Shown here in pieces: positions 46,821 through 56,291 of a DNA stretch of 64,000 bases. The position numbers and the translations under genes were made by a program. How positions within the stretch are numbered: the first letter of the stretch is position 1; each line of letters starts with the position of its first letter. The notes under the pieces are model-generated. The model saw only the letters and a list, made by a program, of their open reading frames with translations. It had not been told where the DNA came from and searched no databases. This stretch comes from an uncultured virus (IMG/VR IMGVR_UViG_3300043446_002182) (Duplodnaviria > Heunggongvirae > Uroviricota > Caudoviricetes). The stretch lies in the IMG/VR virus record IMGVR_UViG_3300043446_002182. The stretch is one strand, 5' to 3'.

Positions 46821-49099
46821 TGAGCCACATACTGTCACCAGCCGAAGCAGACTTTTGGTTGGATGCTGAAAAGTATGCCAACTATTTTGAAGAGCAGACT
46901 GACCCTGCTAACGGAAGTGTTGTGTTCAGCATTGACATGGTTCGGCTTTCATCCATTCGGAAAGCCATCGCAAATTTCGTTCGCATTCTTACCCGTCAAA
47001 ACATCCCCGTCTATTTCAATGACCAAGACGCTACGGTAAACTTCGGTGGCAAGACCATTTACATTTCGGCTCAAATCACCAATAAGTATGATTTTGATGT
47101 CGCTGTAGGTCAAGCCCTCCACGAAGCTGCCCATACTCTCAAGACTGACTTCGACTCGGTGAAGATTGCATGGACAAACATTCCCCATCATATTTTTGCC
47201 AAGGCAGACTCCAAGAACATTTGGCGTCCATCATTGGAGAAGTTCATCCATACCATGTGGAATGTCATCGAAGACCGCTATATTGATGACTATGTGTTCA
47301 ATGAAGCACCGGGCTATCGGGGCTACTATGTGGCACTCTATGACCGATTCTTCAACGCTCCCGAAATTGATGAATATCTGGCCAGCGACATGTTTCGCTA
47401 TCCAAGTCTGGATTCCTATTCTTTTCGTATCATCAATTTCACCAACGAGAACAGTGATTTGATGGCTTTGCCTCGGCTTGATGAAATCGCCGACGTGATT
47501 GACATCAGCAACATTTCTCGACTCAAGCGCACCGAAGACCGATTGGAAGTTGCGTTCAAAGTTGTGGAGATTGTCTTGGATTGCTTAGAGAAAGAAGACC
47601 CAAAGCAGCAACAAGGCAGTCAAGGGCAGGGAAAGCCACAACAAGGCGGTGGATTGGCGAAGCCCGAAGACTTCTTTGACTTCGGTGATGGACAAGAATC
47701 ACAAGAAGACGAAAAGTCTGAAAAGGAATCCAAAGACGAGCCAAAGGCCGATAAGGAACAAAAAGGCAAGGATAAGCCTAAGAAGGAATCGCAAGAGGAC
47801 AAGTCCGACGAAGAGGGTGATGAAGATGAAGAAGTAGATGTCAGTAAGAAGATGATTGAAGACATGTCGGATGTCATGATGGGTAAAGACCCCGACCCAA
47901 CCGACCACAAAGAGAACAAGCGCATCGTAAACAAAGTCGCCGACCAAGACCTTGACAAAGATGCCAGCAAGCAAATCAAAGACCTTGTGGAAAGCCAGCG
48001 CAAATTCTTGCGGGGTGAAATGCCCAAGGCTCAAGTCACGCCACAGCAAAAGGAACTGCTTGACTTGATTGAGAAACATGGTATTGTGCTGGTCAGAGTA
48101 GATTGCCCGGAAATGCTTTTGGGTGATGATGGTAACTTGAAAGTGGATTGCATCGTTGTCCAGCAAATGACCAAAGAACTTGTCCTCTCGGGACAAGACA
48201 TGTTCCCTTTATGCGGCGTCAAAAAGTTTGGTCTTGGAAAAGATGACCCCGAACCTCCCAAAGACGTTGCGGATGCAGTCAAGAAGGGAATCGCCATCGG
48301 CACGAAGCTTGGTCGCAAGTTGCAGATTCGCAACGAAGTCAATCCTATCAAAATCGTTCGCAAGCAGAATGGGAAAATCAATCGTCGGCAATTGCATGAA
48401 GCTGCTTTTGATGCCGAAGATTTGTTCTTCAAGACCCGAATTGAACAGCATAATAAAGCCAGTCTGCATATCACCGTTGACGCCAGTAGTTCAATGTCAG
48501 GCGACAAATGGAATCAGACTATGACCGCTGTAGTTGCCATCTGCCGAGCAACTTCCATGATTGATAATGTCCATGTCACCGTCTCCTTCCGTGCCACTCA
48601 ACAGACCGCAGGCACAGAATTGCCGTATGTGGTATTGGCATACGATTCAAGCGTGGACAGATTCTCAAAAGTGAAAAATCTCTTCCCCTACCTCGTTCCA
48701 AATGGCTGCACCCCCGAGGGACTGGCTTTCGGGGCAATCATGAGCCTTTTCGAGAATATCACCCCTGACGAGGAAGACCGCTATTTCCTGAACCTCTCCG
48801 ATGGCGAGCCTTGCTACGTCATCAGGATGCCCGGACAGGGCGTTAGACTGTCCTACATGCGTGAGACTGGCACAACCCACACAAAGGCTCAGGTGGACAA
48901 GATTAGAGCCAAAGGCGTGGACATTATGAGCTACTTCATCACAGAGCAAAAGACCGATGTCAAGAATGAATATGCCGATACCTTGAAAAAGGACTTCCAG
49001 AAGATGTATGGCAAAAATGCACAGTTCATTAACCCCGAAAGCCTTGTGGACTTGGCCAAGACGATGAACAAGCTTTTTTTAACTCGGGCGACACAGTAG
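46820..49099 (+). CDS. vWA protein with N-terminal HExxH domain (MoxR partner, CobT-like)
   Basis: LHEAAH, NVIEDRYI, acidic linker, MIDAS DASSSM..T..LSDGEP. Confidence 0.88.
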   Translation: MSHILSPAEADFWLDAEKYANYFEEQTDPANGSVVFSIDMVRLSSIRKAIANFVRILTRQNIPVYFNDQDATVNFGGKTIYISAQITNKYDFDVAVGQALHEAAHTLKTDFDSVKIAWTNIPHHIFAKADSKNIWRPSLEKFIHTMWNVIEDRYIDDYVFNEAPGYRGYYVALYDRFFNAPEIDEYLASDMFRYPSLDSYSFRIINFTNENSDLMALPRLDEIADVIDISNISRLKRTEDRLEVAFKVVEIVLDCLEKEDPKQQQGSQGQGKPQQGGGLAKPEDFFDFGDGQESQEDEKSEKESKDEPKADKEQKGKDKPKKESQEDKSDEEGDEDEEVDVSKKMIEDMSDVMMGKDPDPTDHKENKRIVNKVADQDLDKDASKQIKDLVESQRKFLRGEMPKAQVTPQQKELLDLIEKHGIVLVRVDCPEMLLGDDGNLKVDCIVVQQMTKELVLSGQDMFPLCGVKKFGLGKDDPEPPKDVADAVKKGIAIGTKLGRKLQIRNEVNPIKIVRKQNGKINRRQLHEAAFDAEDLFFKTRIEQHNKASLHITVDASSSMSGDKWNQTMTAVVAICRATSMIDNVHVTVSFRATQQTAGTELPYVVLAYDSSVDRFSKVKNLFPYLVPNGCTPEGLAFGAIMSLFENITPDEEDRYFLNLSDGEPCYVIRMPGQGVRLSYMRETGTTHTKAQVDKIRAKGVDIMSYFITEQKTDVKNEYADTLKKDFQKMYGKNAQFINPESLVDLAKTMNKLFLTRATQ

Positions 49100-49221
49100 A
49101 GTTTTTATAAAATCCCTTTTTATAACGACTTGCATGAAAAAAGGTCTTGACATATTATAGAACTTTTGATAACCTCACAGGCGTCACTGCAAGGTGAACA
49201 CAATTAACACAATTCAAATTT

Positions 49222-49611
49222 ATGAAACAACCTCAACGTAAGAATAACACAAATCGTGATTTGTCGCTGCCAACTTCATCGGCAACGTATTTTACAATTC
49301 AAGATTTGGTGAAGCTCAATTCCAATCTGCTCACTGCTTCCAAGTCTGACATCACCATTCGGGTGAAGCTGACAAAAAAGATTGAAGATGGAAAAGTCGT
49401 CGAGATTGGCAGTCTCACTGGCGGCAAAGGCAGACCCCAAAAAGTCTTCGTCGTCGCTCCTGTGACCCAACTCGTTATCAACAAGGCCAAGGCCGATTCA
49501 ATCAACTTGGTTGATAATGCCGACAAACTGGTGAATGCCATCAGCGTCAGCACTCCTACCCAAACTGCCACCGTTCCTACTGCTCCGACAACGGTCACTT
49601 CCGCAGTGTAA
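49222..49611 (+). CDS. Probable winged-HTH DNA-binding protein
   Basis: FTIQDL...TIRVKL...GKV...GKGRPQKVF; TTGACA promoter upstream. Confidence 0.55.
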   Translation: MKQPQRKNNTNRDLSLPTSSATYFTIQDLVKLNSNLLTASKSDITIRVKLTKKIEDGKVVEIGSLTGGKGRPQKVFVVAPVTQLVINKAKADSINLVDNADKLVNAISVSTPTQTATVPTAPTTVTSAV

Positions 49612-49639
49612 CCCCACAACAATGCCGTGTATCTTGATT

Positions 49640-49846
49640 ATGGCGAAGTCAAAGAAACCATCGAAGAAGGAAATTCTCAAAGCCCTCAAACCTTCGACAT
49701 ACAAGATATACGGCATTTATGACTTCCAAGAGAAGCGACTTGTCTATGTCCATTTGGATGAAGAACAAGTTGAGTTGGAATTTGACTTGGAAGACTACGA
49801 CGGGGAGCGGTTCGACGTAGTTTCGTTTGAAGTTTGTCTGCTTTAA
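49640..49846 (+). CDS. Small hypothetical protein
   Basis: MAKSKKPSKKEILKALKP...; ATG 49640. Confidence 0.6.
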   Translation: MAKSKKPSKKEILKALKPSTYKIYGIYDFQEKRLVYVHLDEEQVELEFDLEDYDGERFDVVSFEVCLL

Positions 49847-50148
49847 TAGCGACGAATGTATTTTCCGATGGTCTCGATTGGACCATTGTAGGTATCAATT
49901 CTCCGATACCCATCCGCCGTCAAGATGTAGGAATAAATCCTAACCTTGGCGGCTTTTTGCACACCCATCAATTCATCAATGCCTTTCAAGGTTGTCATGA
50001 CAACGTTCTTAGACCCCCAAATGATTGGCTGGGTGAAGTCACGGTCGAAGAGAACCGCATGATTCAGGTCGGGATAGAACAGGTGGAATACTTGACCGAG
50101 GACTTTTCCGCCCTTCTTTTCCGAGTTGACAACGTTTTGTGCGAGCAT
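49843..50148 (-). CDS. Hypothetical protein
   Basis: Preceded by - strand TATTTAT (50153-50159). Confidence 0.65.
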   Translation of the reverse strand: MLAQNVVNSEKKGGKVLGQVFHLFYPDLNHAVLFDRDFTQPIIWGSKNVVMTTLKGIDELMGVQKAAKVRIYSYILTADGYRRIDTYNGPIETIGKYIRRY

Positions 50149-50231
50149 ATTGATAAATAGTCCTCGGGAGTTAAAATAACTTGATGGATATAGGGGGATG
50201 TGGTAGGATGCGTTAAACAGAAGAAAAGCCT

Positions 50232-50399
50232 ATGGGCAAGTCTTACAAGCAAAATGACCGTCACTTTGTAAAAAGTGGGAAGACCTTTACCAAGCCCCGC
50301 AAACACGGGGCAGACCGCCGAATCAACTTCGACAAAATCAAACAAGTCATTCGCCAACCAAACGAGGATTTGTATGATGATTTGAGAGGACTATCTTAA
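50232..50399 (+). CDS. Small basic protein (55 aa, below ORF-track cutoff)
   Basis: MGKSYKQNDRHF...DDLRGLS; TAATG overlap with the next gene. Confidence 0.6.
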   Translation: MGKSYKQNDRHFVKSGKTFTKPRKHGADRRINFDKIKQVIRQPNEDLYDDLRGLS

Positions 50400-50677
50400 T
50401 GCTCGCTACCATTGCCACTATTTGTGTTGCACTCTACTTGGCAGGACTCACAGTCCTGTTCTTTTTTCTGAACAAACGTCAGGAGAAGGAAGCCGAGTTG
50501 ATTGAACAACTCACCAAGACCCTCGACGACCTAAAGCCTCAAATCTTGCTGCTTCAAGAGAACCAGCAGACCTTGCGGGCGAACGATGAAATTTTAGCCA
50601 AAGACCTCGAAACATTCTTCCATGAGTTCAAAGCCACTGAAAAGAAAGTCAAAATCCTCCGACAGCAGCAAAGTTGA
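50399..50677 (+). CDS. Membrane-anchored coiled-coil protein
   Basis: N-terminal TM segment followed by heptads. Confidence 0.65.
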   Translation: MLATIATICVALYLAGLTVLFFFLNKRQEKEAELIEQLTKTLDDLKPQILLLQENQQTLRANDEILAKDLETFFHEFKATEKKVKILRQQQS

Positions 50678-51140
50678 AGGACCAAAGAAGCGCACGCTTT
50701 TTGACCATGTGAAGCACATTCGACAGGTGCAGGATCCAGATTACTATACTAATCTGTCCGACGAAGACCGCAAGAGTTTCAATCACTTCATGATTATTCG
50801 TGCCTTATCAATGGACGAAGAAATCTTGGAGACGATGGCACAACTCTACCAGATTTTTGACAAGATTCCTTCTCCCCAATTCTACAAACTCTTGATTGCA
50901 CTTGTTCCAAAGAGCAATCGCTTCTTCCCGTGGGTTAAATCCAAGCGGATGAAGCACAGCAAGGAACTGTTGGGCTACGTTGCCAAACGATTCCAAGTTG
51001 CCAAGTATCAGGCCAACGAGTATGTCAACTTACTCCTTCGCACTGAGGCTGGTCAAGGCGAATTGGTGAACATCTGTAAAGCATTCGGGCTTGAAGACAA
51101 AGAGATTGAAGACTTGTTTGATGAAAAATCGGACGACTGA
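50622..51140 (+). CDS. Clamp-loader small subunit (T4 gp62-like)
   Basis: LFD....I, F..FMI.RALS, Y..L...VPK..RF.PW.K pattern. Confidence 0.7.
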   Translation: MSSKPLKRKSKSSDSSKVEGPKKRTLFDHVKHIRQVQDPDYYTNLSDEDRKSFNHFMIIRALSMDEEILETMAQLYQIFDKIPSPQFYKLLIALVPKSNRFFPWVKSKRMKHSKELLGYVAKRFQVAKYQANEYVNLLLRTEAGQGELVNICKAFGLEDKEIEDLFDEKSDD

Positions 51141-51145
51141 AATCT

Positions 51146-51835
51146 ATGAAAGTAATCGGTATTGGCGGCTTCGCTCGTGCAGGCAAAGATGCGTTTGTCA
51201 GCATTGCAAAAAACATTCTTGAGAAGAATGGATACACTTCCCGGCGGTTTGCGTTTGCCGACAATCTGAAACTTGAAGTTGGAAGTATGCTCAAGGCCAA
51301 CTGCTTTGAGTTGGATGTTTACACCAGCGATTCCAACGCTAAGAGCAAACTTCGCCCCTTGATGGTCTGGTGGGGCTGCGCTCGCCGAGATTTGAGTAAT
51401 GGTGGACTGTATTGGGTGGAACAAGTTCACAAGCAGTTGGAGGCGGTTCAGGCACAATTAGCTGCCACTGGAATGAGCGATGACCGCTTCGTAGCACTCA
51501 TTTCCGATGTTCGGTTTGTCAATGAGGCCAAATGGCTTCACGAGAAGTGGGATGGACAATTTGTCCATCTTCGTCGGTTCTCCATGCAAGATTGCCGTGA
51601 CGGATACGGCGATACTGTTCAAGGCAAGGTATTCGACCCAGCCCCCAACGAAGAAGAAGCCAAGAATGACCCTCTCATTCAGGAAATGGCCGATGTCAAG
51701 GTGGAATGGGAAAGTCGAAGAATTGCTCCGGGTGGATGCGTTACCAAAGACCCATATCTTCAAGGAAAAGTTTTGGAAGCATTGAACTCAACCACTTACT
51801 TCAAGCATACGACTACCGGGATATTATCAGTATGA
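51146..51835 (+). CDS. Deoxynucleoside monophosphate kinase (T4 gp1-like)
   Basis: IGIGGFARAGKD, FADNLK, R.L...G, ISDVRFVNE motifs. Confidence 0.85.
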   Translation: MKVIGIGGFARAGKDAFVSIAKNILEKNGYTSRRFAFADNLKLEVGSMLKANCFELDVYTSDSNAKSKLRPLMVWWGCARRDLSNGGLYWVEQVHKQLEAVQAQLAATGMSDDRFVALISDVRFVNEAKWLHEKWDGQFVHLRRFSMQDCRDGYGDTVQGKVFDPAPNEEEAKNDPLIQEMADVKVEWESRRIAPGGCVTKDPYLQGKVLEALNSTTYFKHTTTGILSV

Positions 51836-52106
51836 GTTGGTTCTGTTCCGAGTAGAAGGCAACCTGTCTCTCACCCGTTTTGGATAGAAACTCGTTTTTG
51901 AAACGAGATACAACATGGCGGACCCCATCCAAATACATCTTCGTGCAAGTCCGATAAAGGTCATCTTTATCGGATTTTTTGTGGCAGTTGCATGAAGCTG
52001 CGTAGTTGTTTATACAATGCACCAACTGAATGAAGCTCTGGTCAAGTTGAACCAGATTGTTGGCACTTAAGAAGCGTGCCATTTCGGTTGGATTGTTGAT
52101 ATTCAT
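51813..52106 (-). CDS. Hypothetical protein
   Basis: Last gene of the - strand block; Cys-containing. Confidence 0.6.
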   Translation of the reverse strand: MNINNPTEMARFLSANNLVQLDQSFIQLVHCINNYAASCNCHKKSDKDDLYRTCTKMYLDGVRHVVSRFKNEFLSKTGERQVAFYSEQNQLILIISR

Positions 52107-52109
52107 TTC

Positions 52110-52508
52110 TTACCCGAGTAGTCGGTCAATGACTACAAACACAAACACACTTCCAAGAATCAAGAGTGGAAGTTCACATGCAAGCCCGAAGAGGGTCATC
52201 AGAATCGTCAGGAAGCCCACCCCAACGAGGGATGCCAGCAAGAACAGAATGCACTTCCCCAGCAAATAGAATAGGCATAGCCACACTGCAAGACAAATCG
52301 GGCACGTAATCAGGCGCACGAAAAAGCAGTTGTGGTAACGACGTAGGTAGATGTGATACGTCAACGATACGTCTTGGTATTGTTTGGCATCGAAGTCTTT
52401 GTAGAACGACAGGAAGTTAAGACCGAACAAGCGGCAATACTCAACCCACACGTCGGTTCTGAACCACAGAAGTAGAATGAGACTTATTATAGAACATGCT
52501 AGTATCAT
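52110..52508 (-). CDS. Membrane protein with CPIC..VW motif
   Basis: Hydrophobic segments, LITCPICLAVW; late motif 3 nt upstream. Confidence 0.65.
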   Translation of the reverse strand: MILACSIISLILLLWFRTDVWVEYCRLFGLNFLSFYKDFDAKQYQDVSLTYHIYLRRYHNCFFVRLITCPICLAVWLCLFYLLGKCILFLLASLVGVGFLTILMTLFGLACELPLLILGSVFVFVVIDRLLG

Positions 52509-52522
52509 GTCTATAAATAGCC

Positions 52523-53821
52523 TTACAGAAGTCGAAAATTTATGTCATCAATGGGAGGATTGTTGACGACCAGAGCCTCTTGAATTCGATTCCTCACAGG
52601 GACGTTGGCAATGTTTACGGTGATGCTGCCTAACTCAAACGTTCCCACTTCCAATGAAGCGTTGTTCTCATGTATGATGTCGTTGATTTTGACAATGACC
52701 ACATCATTGAAGATATTCTCACTTTGCGTCATATCCACGTTCAACACTACGTCGTCTTGCACGGGGAAGTCCACAAAGACATCCTCGGCCTTGAGCGTTC
52801 GGTAGTATTTCTTGTAGAGTTCCCAATCCGAAGGGCTGATATTCAACAACTGGTTGGCAAAGTCGTGGAATTTGTTGAACGAATCACGGAACTGTTGACG
52901 CACTACGAAGTTGTCAACGTAGATGCGTTGAAACCGATAGTAGTTCTGAATGATAGGCGCAGCGTTGTGCGGGGTGACATTGGTAAAGTTTGCACTGACC
53001 CAATACTTGTATTCTTTTTCAGGGTCAAATGTCGTGTCATGTTTGAACGTAGGCCATTTCTGTAAGAAGCGGGTCATTTCCACCATGTCGGCCTGCTGTT
53101 GCAATGCCGTGCGTGCCTTGGCCTTTTCCGTCCACCATTCGATGCCTCGGGATGACGTGCAGGTAAAGTGATAGACCAGAGCATTCCATGCTTGTTCAAT
53201 CTTCAGCCCCTTCATTGTGAAGCGATACAGAAGGTCAGAGTCTTCACGAGACCGACGGAAAAGTGTGTCATGACCACCAATCTCTAACCAATGTTTTTTG
53301 TAGAGGGTGAAGGGAGCAAACCAGTAGTTTGTGATTCGGTCTTGCTTTCGTTGGTTGGCAAATCTGGTGAAAGCGTCCAAGTCGAATGCCCGTGGGTTGA
53401 GTCCGAAATCGTGAGTAATCTTCTCGGGCGATTCAGGATGTAATGGTGGTTCAATGCGGGTGGACGATATGATGTTTGATTCATTTAAGTGCTTAAGAAC
53501 TTCCAAGTCGTAATCAGTCGAAATTACCATATCACTCTGTAAATATGATACAATTGGATACTTAGCCATTTCAAACATCAGGTTGATGTTTCGGGCATAT
53601 CCAATAGGTATTGGTAATGGGTTTACGACAATTTTTAGATCGGAGAAAATAGATTTTTGAGTCTTCAAAAACTCAACTGTACCTTGGTTGTCATTCTCAA
53701 CATAAACAATGATTTCATGGTCATGTCGTGATAGATTTCTATGCAATGAACGAAACAGTAGTTCCAAATGAAATCGTTCGTTTCTGGCAGTATTGATACA
53801 AAATGTAATTTGGTTAGACAT
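52523..53821 (-). CDS. Glycosyltransferase family 2
   Basis: HEIIVY, N...EMAK, QSDM, IGGHD..F...EDSDL..R, VYH motifs. Confidence 0.85.
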   Translation of the reverse strand: MSNQITFCINTARNERFHLELLFRSLHRNLSRHDHEIIVYVENDNQGTVEFLKTQKSIFSDLKIVVNPLPIPIGYARNINLMFEMAKYPIVSYLQSDMVISTDYDLEVLKHLNESNIISSTRIEPPLHPESPEKITHDFGLNPRAFDLDAFTRFANQRKQDRITNYWFAPFTLYKKHWLEIGGHDTLFRRSREDSDLLYRFTMKGLKIEQAWNALVYHFTCTSSRGIEWWTEKAKARTALQQQADMVEMTRFLQKWPTFKHDTTFDPEKEYKYWVSANFTNVTPHNAAPIIQNYYRFQRIYVDNFVVRQQFRDSFNKFHDFANQLLNISPSDWELYKKYYRTLKAEDVFVDFPVQDDVVLNVDMTQSENIFNDVVIVKINDIIHENNASLEVGTFELGSITVNIANVPVRNRIQEALVVNNPPIDDINFRLL

Positions 53822-54272
53822 GACGTATGTTCTTTATTTTTCGGATGGTCTTTCCCATAAGTAGCATTTCATCGTGAGTGAACACATTACTCTTTACGCC
53901 ATTACACATTGGGCAGCAGACGCAACAATTTTTTACTGAATACCCTCGATTACTGTCTATTCGGTCAAGATAGTAATTATAGTGGTTCTCTCTCCGGTTA
54001 CGAGCGTGAGGTTGCCATTCTATATCACATCCACAATAACTACAAGATTTTATATCAGTAAACCTGACGAATTCTTGATATGTTATGTTGCAGGGCACAT
54101 TACGTTTTTTGGCTTTGTGTCGAAGTGTTGTAAGTAAAAATTCATATGGCCTATTTTTGTGGCTACAACTCGTGCAGGTAAGATTAAGACGGATTGATTT
54201 TAAGAGGTTGCTCCGATGTGTGTAGGTCATCAATCCCCCACACTTGGGGCAGTCTTTGGAAAGAGTAGTCAT
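53814..54272 (-). CDS. HNH-like homing endonuclease
   Basis: CSYCG...LDRIDSNRGY...N...CC..CN..K. Confidence 0.8.
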   Translation of the reverse strand: MTTLSKDCPKCGGLMTYTHRSNLLKSIRLNLTCTSCSHKNRPYEFLLTTLRHKAKKRNVPCNITYQEFVRFTDIKSCSYCGCDIEWQPHARNRRENHYNYYLDRIDSNRGYSVKNCCVCCPMCNGVKSNVFTHDEMLLMGKTIRKIKNIRHV

Positions 54273-55120
54273 GTTAATTCTTCAACCATTCGGACAATGC
54301 CTTGTTCGAGACCATACAAGTCATAGCCTTGTTGTGCCAATACGATACCGTTACCAGTGTAAGGGTTATCCAGTCCGGGGGTCTTGATTTCAAAGTTGTC
54401 AAGTTTACCCATGACGTGACAAATGTTTTTAGCAAGGTCAGACAGCAGAACTTTTTTCTGATAGACCAAGTTCATATGCCGAGTATCACTTTCTTGGTCT
54501 GTGATAACACGGTCAACGACCGCAGCAACGTCGTCAATGTAAAAGAAATCCATGTATTTGTCCTTGAGGATTTCAATTGGCAAACCTTGCTTCAACCGAT
54601 TGATGGAACGTTTGATGAATCGAAAATCAGGTTCATCTGCTCCAAAGCAGCCGAACAGACGAAGTAAGAATGGATTGCTAACATCCCACCCGTCGTCATA
54701 TGTGCCATTGACAAAGCGACGAGAAATGATGTTCTTGGTCAACCCATACAAATCCAAGGGGTAGTTGTGAAAGAGTTCAACTTCACGAGCATCATCAATT
54801 GGGAAACGACGGTCAAATTCTGCGCCCGAACCAAAAATAATCGTCGGACGCTCAATCGAGTCGGCCATGTAGATGTTTTCATACATGGTTAGGTTGGAAA
54901 CCAAATCACTCTCAGTGTTTTGAGCCGAGAAATGGCCTTTGAATGCAGTATGTATGATGGCGTCGGGACAATGACGATTCAAATACTCGACATATCCCTC
55001 GTAATTGGTCATATCCAACTCTTGACGAGTTGGAGCGAGAACTGTGTGGTCGTATTTGGGAAGTATGCGGGCAAGATTTCTACCAACAAATCCACCCCCA
55101 CCTGTGATTAGAACTCTCAT
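54269..55120 (-). CDS. NAD-dependent sugar epimerase/reductase (extended SDR)
   Basis: ITGGGGFVG, GSGAE, YGLTK, DFFYIDD motifs. Confidence 0.88.
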   Translation of the reverse strand: MRVLITGGGGFVGRNLARILPKYDHTVLAPTRQELDMTNYEGYVEYLNRHCPDAIIHTAFKGHFSAQNTESDLVSNLTMYENIYMADSIERPTIIFGSGAEFDRRFPIDDAREVELFHNYPLDLYGLTKNIISRRFVNGTYDDGWDVSNPFLLRLFGCFGADEPDFRFIKRSINRLKQGLPIEILKDKYMDFFYIDDVAAVVDRVITDQESDTRHMNLVYQKKVLLSDLAKNICHVMGKLDNFEIKTPGLDNPYTGNGIVLAQQGYDLYGLEQGIVRMVEELT

Positions 55121-55593
55121 TTTGACAAATTCATGTAGGATGGACGACCATTATTGATGAAATGATGCATTGCATGAGCCATTGCTTCTTCGGACTCGGG
55201 TTTGTAAAGCGCAATGTTGCTCAAAGTTGACAAAACTGTGATGTCTTCATCTGCCCAATGGGTGTAGCCGAGGTATCCATAGTCTTTGTTGCGTCCACCG
55301 CCGACGATTTTGATGGGCGTGTTCTCAAAATGCATGTAGTTGCGGATGAACTCGAATGGCCGATAGATGGCAAATGGGGTGATTGAATAACAAACAGGCA
55401 CACGACCCTCCAACGCCATGCCACAGGCTGCGCCAATCATGAGTTGTTCGGCAGAACCAACGTTGAAGAAGCGAGTTGGATAGGTATCCCGCACAGCATC
55501 CCATAGACCATAGCCCATGTCGGCAGTAATCAGCACAATGGATTCATTTTGACCCATGAGCGACAACAAATTGGCAGCAAATGCTTTTCTCAT
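55117..55593 (-). CDS. Transketolase pyrimidine-binding domain protein
   Basis: TADMG, FNVGSAEQ, RPFEFIR, GYTH..ED motifs. Confidence 0.88.
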   Translation of the reverse strand: MRKAFAANLLSLMGQNESIVLITADMGYGLWDAVRDTYPTRFFNVGSAEQLMIGAACGMALEGRVPVCYSITPFAIYRPFEFIRNYMHFENTPIKIVGGGRNKDYGYLGYTHWADEDITVLSTLSNIALYKPESEEAMAHAMHHFINNGRPSYMNLSK

Positions 55594-56291
55594 TACTGTG
55601 GTGCTCCTTCGACAATCGTTGCCCCAGCGACCAATGGCATTTCCTTGGTCAATTCCAGTGCTACAAGATAGTCTGGTTCTTTCATGATATGATAGTGGGC
55701 ATTCATACCTTTCAAAAACGGAAATTCTTCGGTTGCTCTCTGAATGCCATGAACAATGGTGATGTTTCCATTGCTATTGAACGGTGCGAGACGGGCAGCA
55801 AACGTATTCAGAGGAATCTCACGATATGCCCCGAATCCATTGTGCATGATGTAAACCTTGATGTTTGGAATCTTCTCGTCGGCGATGAATCGGAGGCTTT
55901 CCCACACGACTCCCTCGGCGCATTCACCATCACTGAGCATGACATATACCTTGCGAGAAGGATTTGCCAAGGCCCGACCTACAGCGACAGAAATTCCCAT
56001 TCCAAGACTACCAGTGGAGCACCAGATGAAGTTGTCGGGGTCTAAGTGAGGATGACCACCATGTTTCTTGAATAGTTTCTCGGCATCTACGCCGTGGTGT
56101 TTTTCCAGAACGACGTATTGTGCCAAGGCTGCGTGGCCGTTTGAAAGGATGAAGATGTCTTCGGGAGACTTCTGGTTGAAAATCATTTCGATGGTGTCCA
56201 CACAAGACATATAGCTGCCCAAGTGGGACAGTTTGTTCTTGTATGCAATCTCAATGATGCGGCGTTTCAGGTCTTTGTTCAGAGTTACCAT
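55593..56291 (-). CDS. Transketolase N-terminal (ThDP-binding) subunit
   Basis: SHLGS..S, LSNGH, GHP, TGSLG.G, SDGE..EG..WE motifs; start ATG 56291. Confidence 0.88.
   Translation of the reverse strand: MVTLNKDLKRRIIEIAYKNKLSHLGSYMSCVDTIEMIFNQKSPEDIFILSNGHAALAQYVVLEKHHGVDAEKLFKKHGGHPHLDPDNFIWCSTGSLGMGISVAVGRALANPSRKVYVMLSDGECAEGVVWESLRFIADEKIPNIKVYIMHNGFGAYREIPLNTFAARLAPFNSNGNITIVHGIQRATEEFPFLKGMNAHYHIMKEPDYLVALELTKEMPLVAGATIVEGAPQ

Noticed and set aside
45897..49099. Cobalamin biosynthesis (cobS/cobT) linked to the B12-dependent RNR
   Set aside because: Generic MoxR/vWA architecture, with no cobN or other cob genes in the window.
55117..56291. Pentose-phosphate auxiliary metabolic transketolase
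   Set aside because: Short split form embedded among NDP-sugar genes fits sugar tailoring better.
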